Shown here piece by piece: positions 62,683 to 64,000 of a stretch of 64,000 bases of DNA (the first letter of the stretch is position 1; the number at the start of each line of letters is the position of its first letter). A model generated the notes under the pieces. The model saw nothing but the letters and a program-made list of their open reading frames with translations, searched no databases and was not told the origin of the DNA. Source of the stretch: Octopus bimaculoides. Its lineage: Eukaryota. The stretch is from positions 163,441,105 through 163,505,104 of the forward strand of contig NC_068982.1 in assembly GCF_001194135.2 (NCBI RefSeq), read 5' to 3'. The position numbers and the translations under genes were made by a program.

Positions 62683-62895
62683 AAGGAGCCCGACCCACAA
62701 CATGGTAGCTGAATTTGCTAGAAATAGCAGCCAAATCTCACTCAAATCATATCCTACTGATTTACAATAGGAAGGAAGGACACATCTGATGATGTAGTTC
62801 CAGAAACATCTGAAAATATAATAGGATGGTCATCATTGGAATGCCTTTAACAACAGGTTTGTTTGACTGGTAACAGCTGACTGCAGTAACAACAG
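62683..62895 (+). repeat. Family D repeat, well preserved
   Basis: GCTAGAAATAGCAGCCAAATCTCACTCAAATCATATCCTAC..GGATGGTCATCATTGGAATGCCTTT. Confidence 0.8.
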
Positions 62896-63423
62896 ATCTA
62901 CAGCATCAAGAACATCAACAATAGGATAAACATTTCTTAATCTATCTGAAATTTAAGACAACAGTCTTGTATTGCCCAGGTCACACAGACAAAAACTACA
63001 TAAAAAAAGAAACCCAAACGAAAGCAAAAACAAAAAAAAAAAAACAATATTTCTGCAAGATCACCATTATATTTTAATGCTCATCTTTTCGTACTGGCAT
63101 GAGATGGTGGTGGTGAGTGGGGGTGCTGTAGTGCAAATTCCTCCAAACAACAACATAAAACCTGACATTGAGCCCTTTCACCTTTGTTAAACTACTGTTC
63201 ATGGAAGCAGTTGTTAAAGTGGATATTATTATTATTATTATTATCATCATTATTATTATTATTATTATTATTACTATTATTATTATTATTCTTGTTATTG
63301 TTGTTATTACCACCACCACCACCACCAATACTCATGTTTCACTAATTGTTTTTGACTTAGTCTATGATGTTCTTATTGTTATTATTAGTTGGACTTGTTC
63401 TTGGTGGCTATAGGGAGGTAAGA

Positions 63424-63473
<50 letters not shown>

Positions 63474-64000
63474 ATGCATATGTGCATGCGTGCGTGTGTG
63501 CATGTTTATGTAACTGGCAGAGAAGCTATTTGGTTGATTAGGAAGGCCAGTGAGGTGTGAAAATTTTGTAAGTCCAGCAAATTAAAATCGTCAACTGGTC
63601 AGATATTTATGAATACAGTGTTGTAAATGACAAATTCAATTATATCTGTGGAATTCAATGACCTTTGTATGCCAAGATGCCTAGATAACAAATATTGAAA
63701 AATGGCATAGAGATAGACCTCACGCTTTGGTGCTCTCATGTCCCACCCACCGCCGCCGCCACCACCACCACCACCACTTCCTTATGATCTGGCTGCAGTT
63801 TAACTCTGGTTCTATCAAAGGGACTCAGACTGAATTGTGTGCCTTATTGGATATATTTTACAGAGTTGAAAGGCTGTGAATTGCTAGAAGCGGTAGAGCA
63901 CCAGCCTAAATGTTGCAATACAATGCTTAGTTTTAGTCCCCCAATAGCAATTCTCTGAAGAAATTCTGCTATTGAATATAACTTTAATCACTGCCAATGT

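Noticed and set aside
63074-63413. Poly-Ile/Val ORFs that look like transmembrane peptides (also 31749-32371 and 60317-60861)
   Set aside because: Translations of (ATT)n, (GTT)n and (CAC)n microsatellites.

Overview
AT-rich, microsatellite-saturated eukaryotic DNA with 7 N-gaps. The SINE repertoire looks octopus/coleoid cephalopod (inferred from recalled repeat consensuses, not a search). I recognise no host protein-coding gene, intact tRNA/rRNA or CRISPR array, so this reads as long-intron or intergenic sequence. Nearly all ORF-track entries are microsatellite, low-complexity or gap artefacts. Supported content: (1) an uninterrupted RTE-clade LINE endonuclease frame at 1-312 (-), absent from the ORF track, plus decayed LINE and transposase relics; (2) dozens of copies of about five short interspersed families, labelled A-E here for convenience, often nested; (3) two mariner-derived MITEs retaining only the transposase C-terminal tip, a hAT-like MITE with 8-bp TSD, and a palindromic TA-flanked element with an internal 21-nt triplication. 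Most worth following up: several mutually unrelated long foldbacks (11337-11491, 11508-11858, 50446-50653, 51309-51557), pyrimidine-tract AG|GT junctions resembling recursive splice sites, a probable 5S-derived relic, and a few orphan exon candidates. Repeat boundaries are approximate and identities are hand estimates.
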